Source: Podarcis liolepis
Taxonomy: Eukaryota
Assembly: GCA_965112155.1 (NCBI GenBank)
Contig: OZ218101.1
DNA length: 64,000 nt
Strand: one strand, 5' to 3'
Shown here: piece after piece, positions 13,977-26,782 of the stretch
Numbering within the stretch: position 1 is the first letter of the stretch
Layout of the letters: every line of letters begins with the position of its first letter
The notes under the pieces: model-generated
What the model saw: the letters and a program-made list of their open reading frames with translations, nothing else
The model's database searches: none
What the model was told of the DNA's origin: nothing
Program-made: the position numbers and the translations under genes

Positions 13977-14519
13977 GTTAAACGTAAGAGCACTTTGCAG
14001 TAATTGCGTTCTGTTTAGGTTTCCAAATGAGTACTCCACAGCTTCGGCTTTTCAGACCTGAAAGACAAGATTGAAATCGGATGTGTTTGTCAGAAGGTAA
14101 CACTGAGGAGTTGAGAAATCTACCACTTGTCTGGTAGACTAAACACAGCTTGCATTAAAAATAAGGATGGGTGGAGACACATAGCCCAAAATGGCCTTTA
14201 AAATACTTGTGACCCCTCTTGATTATAGATATACTCCATACTGAAGGGGATTTGGGAAACTTTGTGCACCTCTGTTGACTTGTCTCCATAAGAGGTTTTG
14301 TAGTCTAATCCCCCTGGGTTTAAAACCAAGGTAATTAATTTGTATTTAGTGGCATTAATTAGAGTTAAAACACTAAGAAATAATACCAGGGCACAAAGCC
14401 ACATTGGGATTTAGGTGGAATCTCAAGCATACTTATTGGAAGTTAACTCCATTGAAACCACTGTGATTGACTTCTAGGTACAGTAGTTTGGAGCAGGATG
14501 AAAGATACAGTCCTAAATT

Positions 14520-14833
14520 TTTACTTAATACTCTCCTTTCTTGAAACTTGAAGCCACTGGTTCAGGTTCTAGCCTCCGGGGCAAGAGAAAATGAGCTTGC
14601 TCCATTCTCCATGTGACAGCTCTTTAGATATTTGAAGATGGCTATCATAGGTCATCTCAGGCTCCTCTTTTCCTTGCTTAAACATACCCAACCCCCTCAA
14701 CCATTCTTAATATGGCTTGGTTTCCAGACCCGTGATCATCTTAGTTGCCCTCCTCTGCACATGTTCCAGGTTGTCAATATCCTCCTTCAATTGTGGCACC
14801 CAAAACTGGACACATTACTCCAGGTGTGGTCTG
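14520..14833 (-). mobile_element. CR1 LINE fragment (ORF2 C-terminal part)
   Basis: Reverse strand reads [36 protein letters not shown], the typical CR1 ORF2 motif. Confidence 0.85.
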
Positions 14834-14929
14834 ATAATGAGAAAACAAGCAAATTAATAAAATCCACTAAAAAAAACCTCATTCTCAGCACTCAAGTTGT
14901 TCTGTCTGCACACACACACATTCTTCAGG

Positions 14930-15368
14930 TGAACTTAAATTACATAAGCAGTTCGCTTTAAACAATAGTTTGGTTAAACAATGGTTCAAAGATCAACATG
15001 CCACATGCTGGTGTATAGGGAAGAATTGTAGCACTACGCTGCTCTCCTGCTGCCACCATGCTACCAGAAACCAAGCTATGGTTTGTCTTAGCATTATATC
15101 CAAATCAAGGCTTGTCTCTCTCCAAACAAACAATGAGTGGTAAGGCAAGAACAAATGATAGTTATAGCTTGTGGTTTGTTTGGAGAGGGACTAACCATGT
15201 TCCTGGGTTTGGATGTTTTGCTAAGGCAAGCCATGGGTCAGATCCTGGTAGTACAACAGGAGGAGGAGCAAAACAGCCACAAGTTGCTCTTTGGGCAGCA
15301 GCGTGCTGCACCTTCACCTTTAAACTACAGTTAAGCTTAATTGTGGTTTCAAGCAACGTGAACTGGGC
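14930..15368. mobile_element. Foldback (MITE-like) element with long imperfect inverted arms
   Basis: 15061-15110 is approximately the reverse complement of 15202-15250; inner arms ctctccaaacaaac / gtttgtttggagag. Confidence 0.55.
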
Positions 15369-15379
15369 CTTCGAAGGCT

Positions 15380-15564
15380 AGACCATGTCTCAATTGTAGA
15401 GCACATCTTTTGCTTGCAGAAGTTCTGAGGCATCTCCATTTGGAAGGATTGGGTAGCAAGTGATGGGGAAAACATCTGCCTCATACCCTTGAGAGGAACT
15501 GAGCAATGATGAGTTAGATGAGCAATGGTGTGACTCAAGATAAATCAAGCTTCCTACATTCCTA
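15380..15564 (+). mobile_element. Squam3-like tRNA-derived SINE, degraded
   Basis: Head ctcaattgtagagcacatcttttgcttgcagaag; 3' end gagttagatgagcaatggtgtgactc...agcttcctacattccta. Confidence 0.65.
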
Positions 15565-16599
15565 AGAGCAGATCTTATTTTTTCCTGAAGATCTGAGACA
15601 TGCAATCTCCCAGGACTAACATAGCACAGGTATTACCTAAGAAATTTGATCTAGTGAACCTCAAGGTACCTACCGCTGCTCTGCTTCAAAGGTGCATGGA
15701 GTGATCAGAAGGGGTAGCATTTTATTTCTTTGAGGTCCTGCTTGGTTAGCAGAAGGAGAACTCAGGAGACACGTAGCTCTTCATAGCATCCCTGGGCATG
15801 GAAGCCTTTTTTCAATATATGCCAAAGGAACTGACTTTGAAACAGTTGTTTAATGTTTTGATAACTTTTTAATCATTTCCTCTATTTGTGATGTTCAGCT
15901 GTAGCTTATCTAGTTAAAATGGCACCACCCATGCTGAAGAGGGACTTGCCAGCAGGCTTGGAGGAACCCCACAGGATGCAGAAGTACAGAAAATATTTGG
16001 GCAAATGAAACCAGAAGTTGGAGGGAGTGAGATCTCAAAAGGAATTAAATGAGAACTGAGAGATGATAAAATGATGCCCCTTTCCCTCATTTGTTTGCTG
16101 AACATGCAAAATGCTTATGAATATTTCTGAGTAGCTGCGTTAGATGGGCTGTGACCAGCATGTTTCTGGAGGGCGCAAGGAATGTTGTATGTTTATTTAT
16201 TTCTCTCTCTGGGCGTTTTTAGCTTGCTCTGTTATCAACAGTTCTGTGCAGTCTGCAGTAATAAAAACAGTAAAATGCTACCAAGCCAATATACAGCACA
16301 CGCTGCTCTATCAAAGCATTTAAAAGCAAAACAGGATCTGAAACTTAACATTCTATCCAACTTTGGCCCTATTTAATCTTTAATGAAAGCAATTAATTTT
16401 GAGTGCAATGAGAGTTGCTGTCACATTCAACCCACATTGAAAAGGCAGCATATGCTTTTCTGTATGTCTGTTGGGGAACAGATAATACTGATAAGGAAAG
16501 GACATAGGTTGTTTGTAGATTTCTGTGATGTGTATTAAAAAAATTGTGTTTCTCAAAGCCCATTGCATATACATCAAGCAATATGCAGAAAAGGGCAAG

Positions 16600-17190
16600 C
16601 AATATGAGAAAAGGGTTGGAACATGTTTCCTATGAGGAAAGGTTAATGTGTTTCAGGTTTGACTGACGTTTATAAAATCATGTTCAGTGTGTCTCTCTCA
16701 TAATATCAAAACATGGGAAGGTGTCATTCAATAGTTGATTGGCAGTAGATTCGAGATGAAGAAAAGAGATAGCTTATTCACACATAATGCATAATTAATC
16801 TGTGGTATTAGCAGGGCCTTTTTCCCCCTGCTGGAACTTGCCAGAACTCAGTTCTGGCACCTCTCAGGTGGGTACCATTGCCATTCTAAGAGAGTGAAAG
16901 AGGTGTTCATGGTGAGTTCTGGCACCTCTTTTTCTAGAAAAATAGCACTGGGTATTAGACTTTTGCAAGATGCAGAGATAACCATGAGTTTAAGTGTCTT
17001 TGAAAGAGGATTAGACAAATTCTGTCGGCGTTGCTTAACTACAAAGTCACTGAATGCCCATTGCTGGGTGGCTGCAGCAGGGAGTGCTGCTGCCTTCATG
17101 TCTAGTGTGGGGTTCCAAAACACAACTGACTGGCCAATGTGGGATGCAGGATTTTGGACTAATGTAGCCAGAAAAGCTCCACTTACCCTC
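16600..17190 (+). mobile_element. CR1 LINE 3' fragment interrupted by a MITE
   Basis: ggaacatgtttcctatgaggaaagg, gtttataaaatcatg and tttgaaagaggattagacaaattc are CR1 3' motifs. Confidence 0.7.
16812..16950. mobile_element. hAT-type MITE with perfect 8-bp TSD, inserted in CR1
   Basis: TSD ggtattag at 16804-16811 and 16951-16958; TIRs cagggccttttt / aaaaatagcactg; internal repeat agttctggcacctct twice. Confidence 0.85.
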
Positions 17191-18080
17191 TTAGGTTTTC
17201 ATGCCTAACTTCTGCAAACAAATGTGCAGGAAAATCATTTTTATGCCTTGAATATTTGACATATGAAAGATGCATCTGTGTTTAACATGAGAAATAAAAT
17301 TTCTCTTATTTTCCGCCATGTGTTTGCTGTAATGAACATAAAATTATTCCAAAAATCAGTCAAACAGCTTTAAGGTTATCCTGAAAGCATGACCTGAAGG
17401 CCACACTTTGAGTGTATGAGATAATATCATGTCTTAAAACATATAGGGATTCGTATTCTAGTATGTAATAGCAAATGGTTTGTACTCCTAGAATAGACAT
17501 TGTTCTTCTCTGACTCTCCTATTTTGTGCTATCAGTCAAAAGTCAGCTCCAGATAATGGCTCTAATAATTTTTGTTGTTGTACAAAATGTCTTAGCAGTG
17601 GGATTTTGAGATTTAGACAACAGTAGTTTTTTAACTGCAGAAAACCTCTTGATTATATATTATACGTTTCAAGGACCTCCATGCAAAAATGCACAATGAG
17701 TTGCCACAACTGACAGTTTGGGGTACTGTTCTCGATTAGATGGGTGTAATTTCCAACAGTTAACCTTTCCAGTTAAGTGCATGTTTGAAACATTTATTTT
17801 CAGAATGTTTTTGTGCATTTTTCTATGACCTAGTTGGCATCTGGTTTGGGAAATCTATCTCTGCCACATACATTCATTTTCAGAGGGGTGCCATGAGACA
17901 CTGTTTTTATTCATTTACATGATTGCTCAGGTAAACCTTTTCCAGATGTCTTATTGACTTGTTCAGCATTTTTTTCTGGTTTAATCTTGCGCATGTTCAA
18001 ACATGTTCTCAAAGCAAGGTTTAAGTTTGCTTTAATGTAGATCATGTAATAGTTTGTGTAAAGGCAGCAAAGTCATAGGC

Positions 18081-18389
18081 CAGGGGTCGGCAAAGTTTTG
18101 TGGCCTGGGCTGGTTCACGATCCCGCAGACGCCGCAGTGGGCCGGAGTGCGTGCGTGCGCATGTGCAAATGCTATTTCCAGCACAGAGGAGGCATGCGCA
18201 GCTTCCCATTGGCTGCAGGAGCTTCCTGCAGCCAATGGGAAGCCATTGCAGAAGGCGGTCCCTGCTCTGCGATGGTTTAGTGCGGTGCATGGGAGCCGAC
18301 TGAGCGGGTGGCGGGGGTCCCCAAGTGGGCAGCAGGGGTCCATGGGCCAGCTAAATGACCCCCCATGGGCCTTAGGTTGGTGACCCCTA
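18081..18389. mobile_element. hAT-type MITE with perfect 8-bp TSD and internal hairpin
   Basis: TSD tcataggc at 18073-18080 and 18390-18397; TIRs caggggtcggcaa / ttggtgacccct; CpG-rich interior. Confidence 0.88.
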
Positions 18390-19178
18390 TCATAGGCCCT
18401 TCTCTCACACTATGCAGAGGCAATCAAGTCAACATTCAAATAGGGAACTGCAACCAATCAGAGCTCCCTGATGGGTCTACCTGCAAAGTACACCTTTGCA
18501 AAAACACAGGTGTCACAGCCACAGTTTTTGATATATACTTTGATGGGCCACTTAAGCTTTGACATATGAAATGACCCAATTTCTTCAGAATTAAAGAGAT
18601 CGGTTGGAACAAGACAAACCACCATGTAGAAAGCCTACCCAGTTGATGCTGTCAAAAAACCCACATGCACACTATATAAAAGAGCGTAGGTTTCCCACCC
18701 CTTTCCCCTCTCTCTTCTCCCCCAACCCTATACTGTGTCCCACACTAATGTCTCATATCAAATGTAACTGATCTGTAGAAAAGACTTCACAATCTGAAAG
18801 AGATAGTGCATGTACTTTTGTAAACCAAGAAAACCTTTAACAAAAATTATTTGAAAAAGAAAGCGTTCCTAAAGTCAGACCATTGTTCATCTCATGGAAT
18901 CTGCATTTTCTACCTAGACCACCAAAACTGATACCACCTTCAAGGTCGTATCTATATAGTCTAACTAAATGTAGGACAAAGAGTTGTTGGGCACAGATGG
19001 CACATCTTTCATCATAACACAGTGACACCAGCTATGTGAAAGTGCTGACAACAGCAGCACAGTCCCATCATATCTAAATTCATAGCACAATATAGATTAT
19101 AACCATTTTCTTGCATCAATAGGCAAACACTTCCTAAGAACAAAATTCTAGATTGGTTACAGTTCCATTTCTCTGTTC

Positions 19179-19403
19179 CAGTGGTACCTCAGGTTACAAA
19201 CACTTTGGGTTACAAACTCTGCTAACCCGGAAGTAGTACCTCGGGTTGAGAACTTTGCCCCAGGATGAGAACAGAAATCGTGTGCTGGTGGCACGGAGGC
19301 AGTGGGTGGCCCCCTTAGCAAAAGCGTTCCTCAGGTTAAGAACGATTTCGGGCTAAGAACGGACTTCCGGAACAAATTACATTTGTAACCCGAGTTACCA
19401 CTG
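19179..19403. mobile_element. Tigger/Tc1-type MITE
   Basis: TIRs cagtggtacctc / gagttaccactg|ta; reverse-oriented homologue of the copies at 26543 and 52978. Confidence 0.85.
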
Positions 19404-20451
19404 TATTATGTATTTGAGAATGAGCTCTTAACTAAGCACACTTGGCTATCCAACTACTGATGGGATCAGCAAAGGGATACTCCTGGGATAAGGCAATTGT
19501 TATTGCTGGCTGTAGGTTAAAGTTAATAGTGCATTTGTTTCAACACTTAAACATATTAGCAGCCAAGCCAAAAAGAGAAAGGAGAATGACAGACCTGCAA
19601 AATTCTGCCCTCATCTTTCCAAACCTCAGGTGCTTTGAGTGCCCCCAAATGGAACAGATATTTCCAAATATCCATTCTTTAGCAATCAATTTGCTAAACT
19701 CTGCCAGCCAAAAAAATAGAAGACGTTTTCTTTCAATACAATCCATGTAGTTTTGTAAGATGGTTGAAAAAAATCTTTTTTTTTAAAGGAAGAAAATGAT
19801 TTAGACATTAAGGCTGAACTATATGAATCTTTTGCTTATTCGCCTTCCACATATTCCTGCATTGCACCAAAAACCATAATTTGATATTGTATCTGAACTG
19901 GACAAATTGTGGTTGCCACTAATTCTATTTTGTCCCCAAACTGGAATTAGATATTACAGTTGGAAAACTTTAGTAGTAACATTAGTTTGCCAGCTCTTCA
20001 CTGTGTTTGCAGTTTGCTGCAAAAAAGTAGTGAGTGTAGCAGAGGATAGGCTCATGATTATATCTTCTTACCTACCAGCTCTATCCAACATGTATATGAC
20101 ATGGCAAATGACATCATCAGTACGATAAATAAGCAGCACTCCTCTTTCAGCAAGTGTGTAGCAATCTACATTCTTAATTGTATGATGGGGCAGGGCAGAT
20201 CTTGTTGCACCAGTTTTTTTCTTTTGTAGTAACTGAAGAGCTCTTGCACAAGCATGCAAATTTATAGGTGATGCAGTGGGAGATGGGTGATGCAGCTGGG
20301 TAAGGGAGGAAGAAACTTTAATTATAATCCTACCAATTGCTCCTATTCTCTGGCTATTGTGACACAGTAACTTTTCCACTCATTTGTTTGCCTGGGGCAC
20401 CAACATTTGCGACATTTTAATAATCGCAAGGGAAGAAACTGAAAATGTATG

Positions 20452-21752
20452 TAATAATAATAATAATAATAATATATTTATTTATTTATTTATTATTAAT
20501 TTATTGGATTTATATACCACCATATACCTGAAGGTCTCAGGGTGGTTCCCAAAACAAAAACAAAATATAAAACCACAATATATATATAATCAAAATTAAA
20601 ACAGCAACCCAATAACCCCCCTTCCCCCAAACCCCACATTTTTAAAGGGCATTGGATGTCAATCAAATCACCCAAAGGCCTGGTTATAAAGGAACATATT
20701 TGCCTGGTGCGTAAAGGTGTAAAATGAAGGCGCCAGGTGAACTTCCCTGGGGAGAGCATTCCACAGATGGGGAGCCACTGCAGAGAAGGCCCGTTCTTGT
20801 GTTGCCACCCTCTGGACCTCTCAAGGAAGGAGGCACATTAGAAGGGCCTCAGAAGATGATCTCAGGGTTCGGGTAGGTTCATATGGAAAGAGGCAGTCCT
20901 TGAGGTATTGCAGTCCTGAGCCATTTCAGGCTTTATAGGTCAAAACCAGCACTTTAAACTAGGTCCAAAAACTAATCGGTAGCCAGTGCAGTCGGACCAA
21001 GATCGGTGTAATATGCTCAAACCGTCTTGCTCCAGTGAGCAACCTGGCCGCTGAATTCCACACTAGTTGAAGTTTCCAAACCATCTTCAGAGGCAGCCCT
21101 ACGTATAACGCATTGCAGTAATCTAACCTTGAGGTTACCAGAGCATAGACAACAGTAGTTAGGCTATCCCTGTCCAGATAGGGGCGTAGCTTGGCCACCA
21201 GCCCAAGCTGATGGAAGGCACACCAGGCCACGGAGGCCGCCTGAGCCTTGAGCAACAGCAGAAGATCCAGGAGTACCCCAAGCTATGAATCTGCTCCTTC
21301 AGAGGAAGTGTAACCCCATCAAGAGCAGGGGATCTCCCACCCATCCTGTTTAGGTAACCACCCACTAACAGTGCCTCATTTGGATTGAGTTTCAGTTTGT
21401 TGGCTCTCATTATCGAGGCAAGGCAGTGGTCCCGCACTTCTGCTGCCTAACCTGCAGATGTAAAGGAGATTTAGAGCTGAGTGTCATCAGCATACAGGTG
21501 ACAACGTACTCCAAATCTCCGGATAACCGCACCCAGTTGTTTCATGTAGATGTTAAACAATGTGGGGATAGGACTCAGCCCTGCAGAACCCCACATTGAA
21601 GGTTCCACGGGGCTGAAAAGCATTCCCCAAGCAACACCTTCTGGGAACGACCATCCAAGTAGGACTGGAACCACCGCAAAGAGGTGCCACCCAAACCTAG
21701 TTCAGACAGTCACTCTAGAAAGATACCATGGTCGATGGTATCAAAAGCCAAC
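20452..21752 (-). mobile_element. L2 LINE 3' part (RT domain to tail), frameshifted
   Basis: ORF fragments LFNIYMKQLGAVIRRFGVRCHLYADDTQL, MRANKLKLNP, ALVTSRLDYCNALYVGLPLK, LHWLPI; AFDTIDHG at the 5' end; (TTA)n/(TAAA)n tail. Confidence 0.92.
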
Positions 21753-23174
21753 CAAGTGCTGTCCTGTGTTTACCATAAAGCAGTGCTGTTCAGATTTGGA
21801 ATGAGGAGATAATGAACTTTTGGGATCCAGAGTTCACAAAAAGATGACGAAAGGAAACCTGTGCTTTGCCTCCCATTGCAGGGGAAATACAAACCTGGAT
21901 ATACAGTGGTGCTTTTTCTAGGTTACTGGACCTATGGGAAGAGCTTGAATTGGTGGAGGAGAGGAGGTGCTGGCCCAGGGCCCGCAAAAGACAGTGCACT
22001 GCCTGAGATGGGCAGCTCCAACCCTTCCTCCTGTTGTGACCCCCATGGAGACTTCTGGCAGCGCTGGTCAGAGGGGAAGGAGCATTAAGAGGAGAGTGTG
22101 AAATTGGATCCTTGGGGAGGGACCCAGTGGTCTGGGAAGTGGATAGTAGGGAGGGGCCCAGTAGGTTGTCAGGAAAGAAGCCTCCCTCTGTATCTTTGGA
22201 TTGTGCTACTGAATTATGTAGTTTAGGAAATGGGTGAGGTTCTGCTTCCTTCTGCAGAAGAAAAAGCTAGGCAGAATAAGCAACTAAGCCATATTAAGGC
22301 TTAGCATTGCAGGGAGAGCCTATGACAGACACTGTGGGGAAATTGGATACTGGCAGTAATGTGGATGGTTTATATTCCACTGGGCTAATATTATCAAGTT
22401 CTTTTAGTAAATATGCATACAGTCTTGTTGAAGATACACTGTAGCTTAATACTTTGGGGCTGGTTTTGAGTTCAACAGATCTGCAGGCCACATATCACAG
22501 ACTTTTCTGTGTTTTGGGATCACTGCAGTTTGTGAACTTGGGCAAGGAGTTCTTTGTTCCTTGTGTCTTCCCTGGTTGACTAGATCTGTGGACTCTCTGA
22601 TGGAGGAGGCCTACTCTTATCTTGTTTCTTTGCTAACAGATTTCTCTTCTTTCCTCCCCCCACAAAAAGCTTATCAGTAGAGTTGGTCTTTATCTTTTTA
22701 ACATAGTGCAGTTCTCGCATGCTAAGGCATATCTTTTGGAAATGTTTTGGTTGTTTTATCCCACCGATAGTGATTTTTATAAGGGTTGTAATGATGTGAT
22801 TTTTGCTATGATTCTTGTGTTATACTGTTTTGTTTTATTATCGCGTGGCCTCCTCTGGGACCTCCTGGTGAAGGGTAGGTAATGAATGCACTTAATAAAA
22901 AATAATTTTAAAGCCTGGAGGATTTTTGCATGTAACATTATAAGTATGAGGTATTTTACTTCCTTCGGTGATATACCAGCTTAAAAAAAATTAACTCAGC
23001 TGTAGCTTTCGAAATTCGTCCATTTTATATGATGGATGATAATATAAATTTGTGGCCTTGTTCTCAGAGAACATGAAGAGGTTTATGTGCTTCAGTGTTG
23101 GAATTGTTTCCCTAGTTGAGAAGAAGATAGCTAAGAGTCTATCAAACAAGGGCGAAAGTGTTGGAATAATGTCA

Positions 23175-23422
23175 CCGCATTGGCCTGAATATAAGCCTCA
23201 CTCCCCCCCCCCCCCGATTCTGACCGTGAAAAGTTAAAGTGCGGCTTAAATTTGCGACCTTACAAAAATGGGCTTTTACAATGTCGCCACTGAAACAGAC
23301 AAATGGAATGGGTGTGAGTGCTTGCTGAAATTTAAGGGAATGTCTTATATTTGGATATTGTCTTTTTTCTCTCCCCCCTCCCTTGAATTTTAAAGGTGTG
23401 GCTTATATTCAGGCCAATACAG
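23175..23422. mobile_element. Mariner-like MITE
   Basis: TIRs ccgcattggcctgaatataagcc / ggcttatattcaggccaatacag followed by TA. Confidence 0.8.
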
Positions 23423-24259
23423 TATTTGCCATTTTTTTAATCTACTGGTACCCAGTACCTGAAACCAGACAGGACACACACCAGTATTATGTCTAGTGAA
23501 AGAGAACCTCCATTTCTTTCTAGCAGTGAAGTGACAGAGCATTGCTCATGCAGGGAGGACTCTCAATATGGATTCCCATGTGATTAGGTGCTTCCTGTAT
23601 TCTCTGCAGAAGCTCCCTCCTGTGCTACAAAGATTGTGATAAGGGTACCTTTGTGGTACTTGTGGGTTGAAGGCGAGGCTTATCCTGAAGCAATCACCTA
23701 ATCATGCCTCCATGTAACAAACTCAGTACAGATCCATTCAACCTAACCAGCTCTCCCTGGGTTTGTAAGAACAATAATTTAGAGGGGGGAAGAAGACTGC
23801 CTGTACCCGTTCTCCTCTTTATATTACCTAGGCATTGCAATCCATACTCGATTTGTGAGAGGAAAGGGTTAAACCCTCTTTCACTCCTTTTAATTGTTGC
23901 TTCTAGAGAAACAGCTTGAGAAAAAGCTGGAGATTACCCTCAGGCAACCTAAGCAAGAGAAGCTGTTATGCAATGAGCATATGGATCCTGTGGAGTTTCA
24001 CCCAGGTGCAGGTGGAGATGATGTATTTTTTGTAGAGTGGAGGTGATTTATTTTTGAACTTCACTTCCAGGAAAGTTGTAAAATACCTGGTAACATTTCA
24101 TATTTTGGAAGGCTTTGCACACAAAATAGCTCTTAAAAGTTAAAAGTACTATTCTCCCTGGATCAGCTTTGGCGTTTGTTTCCAGCAAAAAGAGTTTCTG
24201 TTTTCATAGCAATATATAGCACACATCCTGCCCGTCCTAAATCTTTTTTTCTTCTTCAT

Positions 24260-24532
24260 GGTCTAATGGAGTGACTGAGAGTGTGTGTTGTGAGCCAACA
24301 AGTTTAAATTCAAATCTCACCACATGCATTAAACTTACTAGACGGCCTTAGCAAGTGAATATTCTCTTAGGCTCAGCGCCCTACTCTCCTCCAAACACCC
24401 AGTTTCCGCAATATGTGCAAATAATAATGCATAGGATGGGGGATAGTAAAAATTTGTCTTATGGGCCTCTTTTAAGAACTGCTGAGAGGTAGGTGAGGTA
24501 TTTTGAACACTTGAAGCTCTATAAATGCTTAT
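24260..24532 (+). mobile_element. Old MIR/Squam2-like SINE remnant
   Basis: ttcaaatctcacc...ggccttagcaag...ctcagc...cagtttcc...tttgaacacttgaagctctataaatgct pattern; highly diverged. Confidence 0.45.
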
Positions 24533-25029
24533 TGGTGTAATTTTTTTTTTAGTGTTGCATGCTTAAAAGGCTGACTCATCCTGTGCTTTTTTGACCTTTC
24601 TTGTCTGCCTTCCAGAGTATCAGCTCTCCTTCCTCTGTAGTACATTCAGTTCTGTAGAATTTGCAGAGCTGTAAAGGAAATGCAGAAAATCTGTAATAGG
24701 TGGCCTATCACGTACTCATCAGTTTTTAACTTGAGCTGTCCTAGAACATCACCATCCTTGTGCGCAAGAGCGGGAAGGTATCAGCAGTTTTGTAGAAGTA
24801 CCAAATGAAACAAAAAACACCCCTTTATCCTCAATTTACCTCCATTAATTCCTACCACCATTACTCCATATTGATAGCATACTGGCATTTCTGATGTATC
24901 CTTCATGTGCTTCTGATTCATTCAAGTCACCTTGTGTCAGAGCCATGCAGTATCTACTTGTTTCCTCCCCATGTGAGTTTTCAGGTGGGATGCTCACAAG
25001 TTAAGAATAGTAGGCCGCATGCTTCCCAT

Positions 25030-25168
25030 ACCTCGATTGGGAACCTATGGCCCTTCAGATGTTGTTGGACAACACCTTCTGTCATCCTTGTCCTTTGGCC
25101 ATGCTGGCTGAGGCTGATGGGAGTTGGGAGGCCAATAACACCTGGAGAACCACAGGTTCCCTATCCTT
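25030..25168. mobile_element. ~130-bp foldback hAT-like MITE
   Basis: gggaacctatggcccttcagatgttg...acacctggagaaccacaggttccc. Confidence 0.75.
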
Positions 25169-26542
25169 AGTCTACACCATAAAAAGAGGATGTCTCTATA
25201 GGGCTCTCCTTTGCTACACCTTATCCACGAGTTCCAGAATCACTTTGAGGGGGTTTCCAGATTAGGCTTACTGCTTCTGAAAAGCTGACTGCAGCAACTT
25301 TGCGGTCCATGTGCATTTCAGTAATGTAGTATGTGAAGCATAACTAAATTTACTTAGAATTTCAGCCAAAGGTTTTGGGCTAGTAGTCACTATGGAACCA
25401 TGAGAATTCAAACCACCTGACGTGTATTTTCTGATGTGTGAATGAGCGAGCATTTTGCAAATCTGAACATGGAGCCAAGTGTCTTATGTGCCCAAAATGA
25501 TGACTTAAACAAAGCCCACCTGTTTAATGCCTGACTCACTCGCTCACTGTGAAACTGATTAGTTGTGAAATATTTTTGTCAAGGGATAATTTTATGTGAC
25601 TTTCAGATGATCTGCTTTTAACTGAAAGCGAGAAATGTGTTAATCACAACATTTTAAAGTGCCTGTAGGAAATGTCATTGGTTTCTTTGTGTTTATGTAA
25701 AATATAAACAGTTTAATACGTTACAGAGTGGCATAAGGTGAACACAGATATAACTTTTTAGAGCGTTGAGCTGAATTTGGAAGCAGCCTCATTGTGTTCA
25801 ATCCAAAAATACTGTTTTGTCTCCAGAATTGACTTCTGGGACATAAAACTTTTTGCAAGCTTATTGCAGAACCACCCTGTGCTGTGATCCTCAAATGAAA
25901 GATGGCGTATAAATAAATAAATTTATTTCCATTCTTTTCCTGTGCAGAAGGCCTTCAAGCTTCTGCTAATTTACTCCATAGTTTAGGAACTTCTCCTTAA
26001 GCTTCTAATTGCCCCAAATATGTAACCATGTATTACTAAGGAACAGTATTCAACGAGTCCCCTCACCCCACACAATTAGTGACTTCTGAAGTTGTTATGT
26101 GGTGTTGTTCCTCATTGTTTCATGTTATCTTTTAAAGTTTATTTCGAAATAAAATTCCACAGTTAAAAGAGAGGTTATCCCATTTACTGCAGCAAATAAT
26201 CACCATCATCTTACATTATATACCTATTTTATTGTCCGGTATGAGCACAATGTGGTGTTATTTATTGGTGCCTTCATGTGGTCCTGTCCTAGATAATATT
26301 GTAGGGTGCTCTGCACTTTTTGGATTGTGTGGGTGGTGGCTAGAAGCAGTATTGCAGGGCTGTAATTCTCAAGTCCTGGAGAGATCTGGACTAATTCGGA
26401 ACTATCAAATCCATTCTATTTGTATGTAACAGTTTAAAATTTCTCTTAATATCTCTGGTTAATATTCTGCTTCAATAGCTCTTATTTAAAACACACTTAG
26501 ATATTATTGAGCTGTACTAAACGTAGTTCAATAAAACAATTA

Positions 26543-26782
26543 CAGTGGTACCTCTGGTTGAGAACTTAATTCATTCCGGAGGTCCGTTCTTAACCTGAAA
26601 CTTCTTAACCTGAGGTACCACTTTAGCTAATGGGGCCTCCCACTGCCGCCGCACTGCTGCCGCATGATTTCTGTTCTCATCCTGAAGTAAAGTTCTTAAC
26701 CCGAGATACTACTTCTGGCTTAACGGAGTCTGTAACCTGAAGCGTTTGTAACCCGAAGCTTTTGTAACCCGAGGTACCACTG
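26543..26782. mobile_element. Tigger/Tc1-type MITE with TA TSD
   Basis: ta|cagtggtacctc...gaggtaccactg|ta. Confidence 0.9.
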
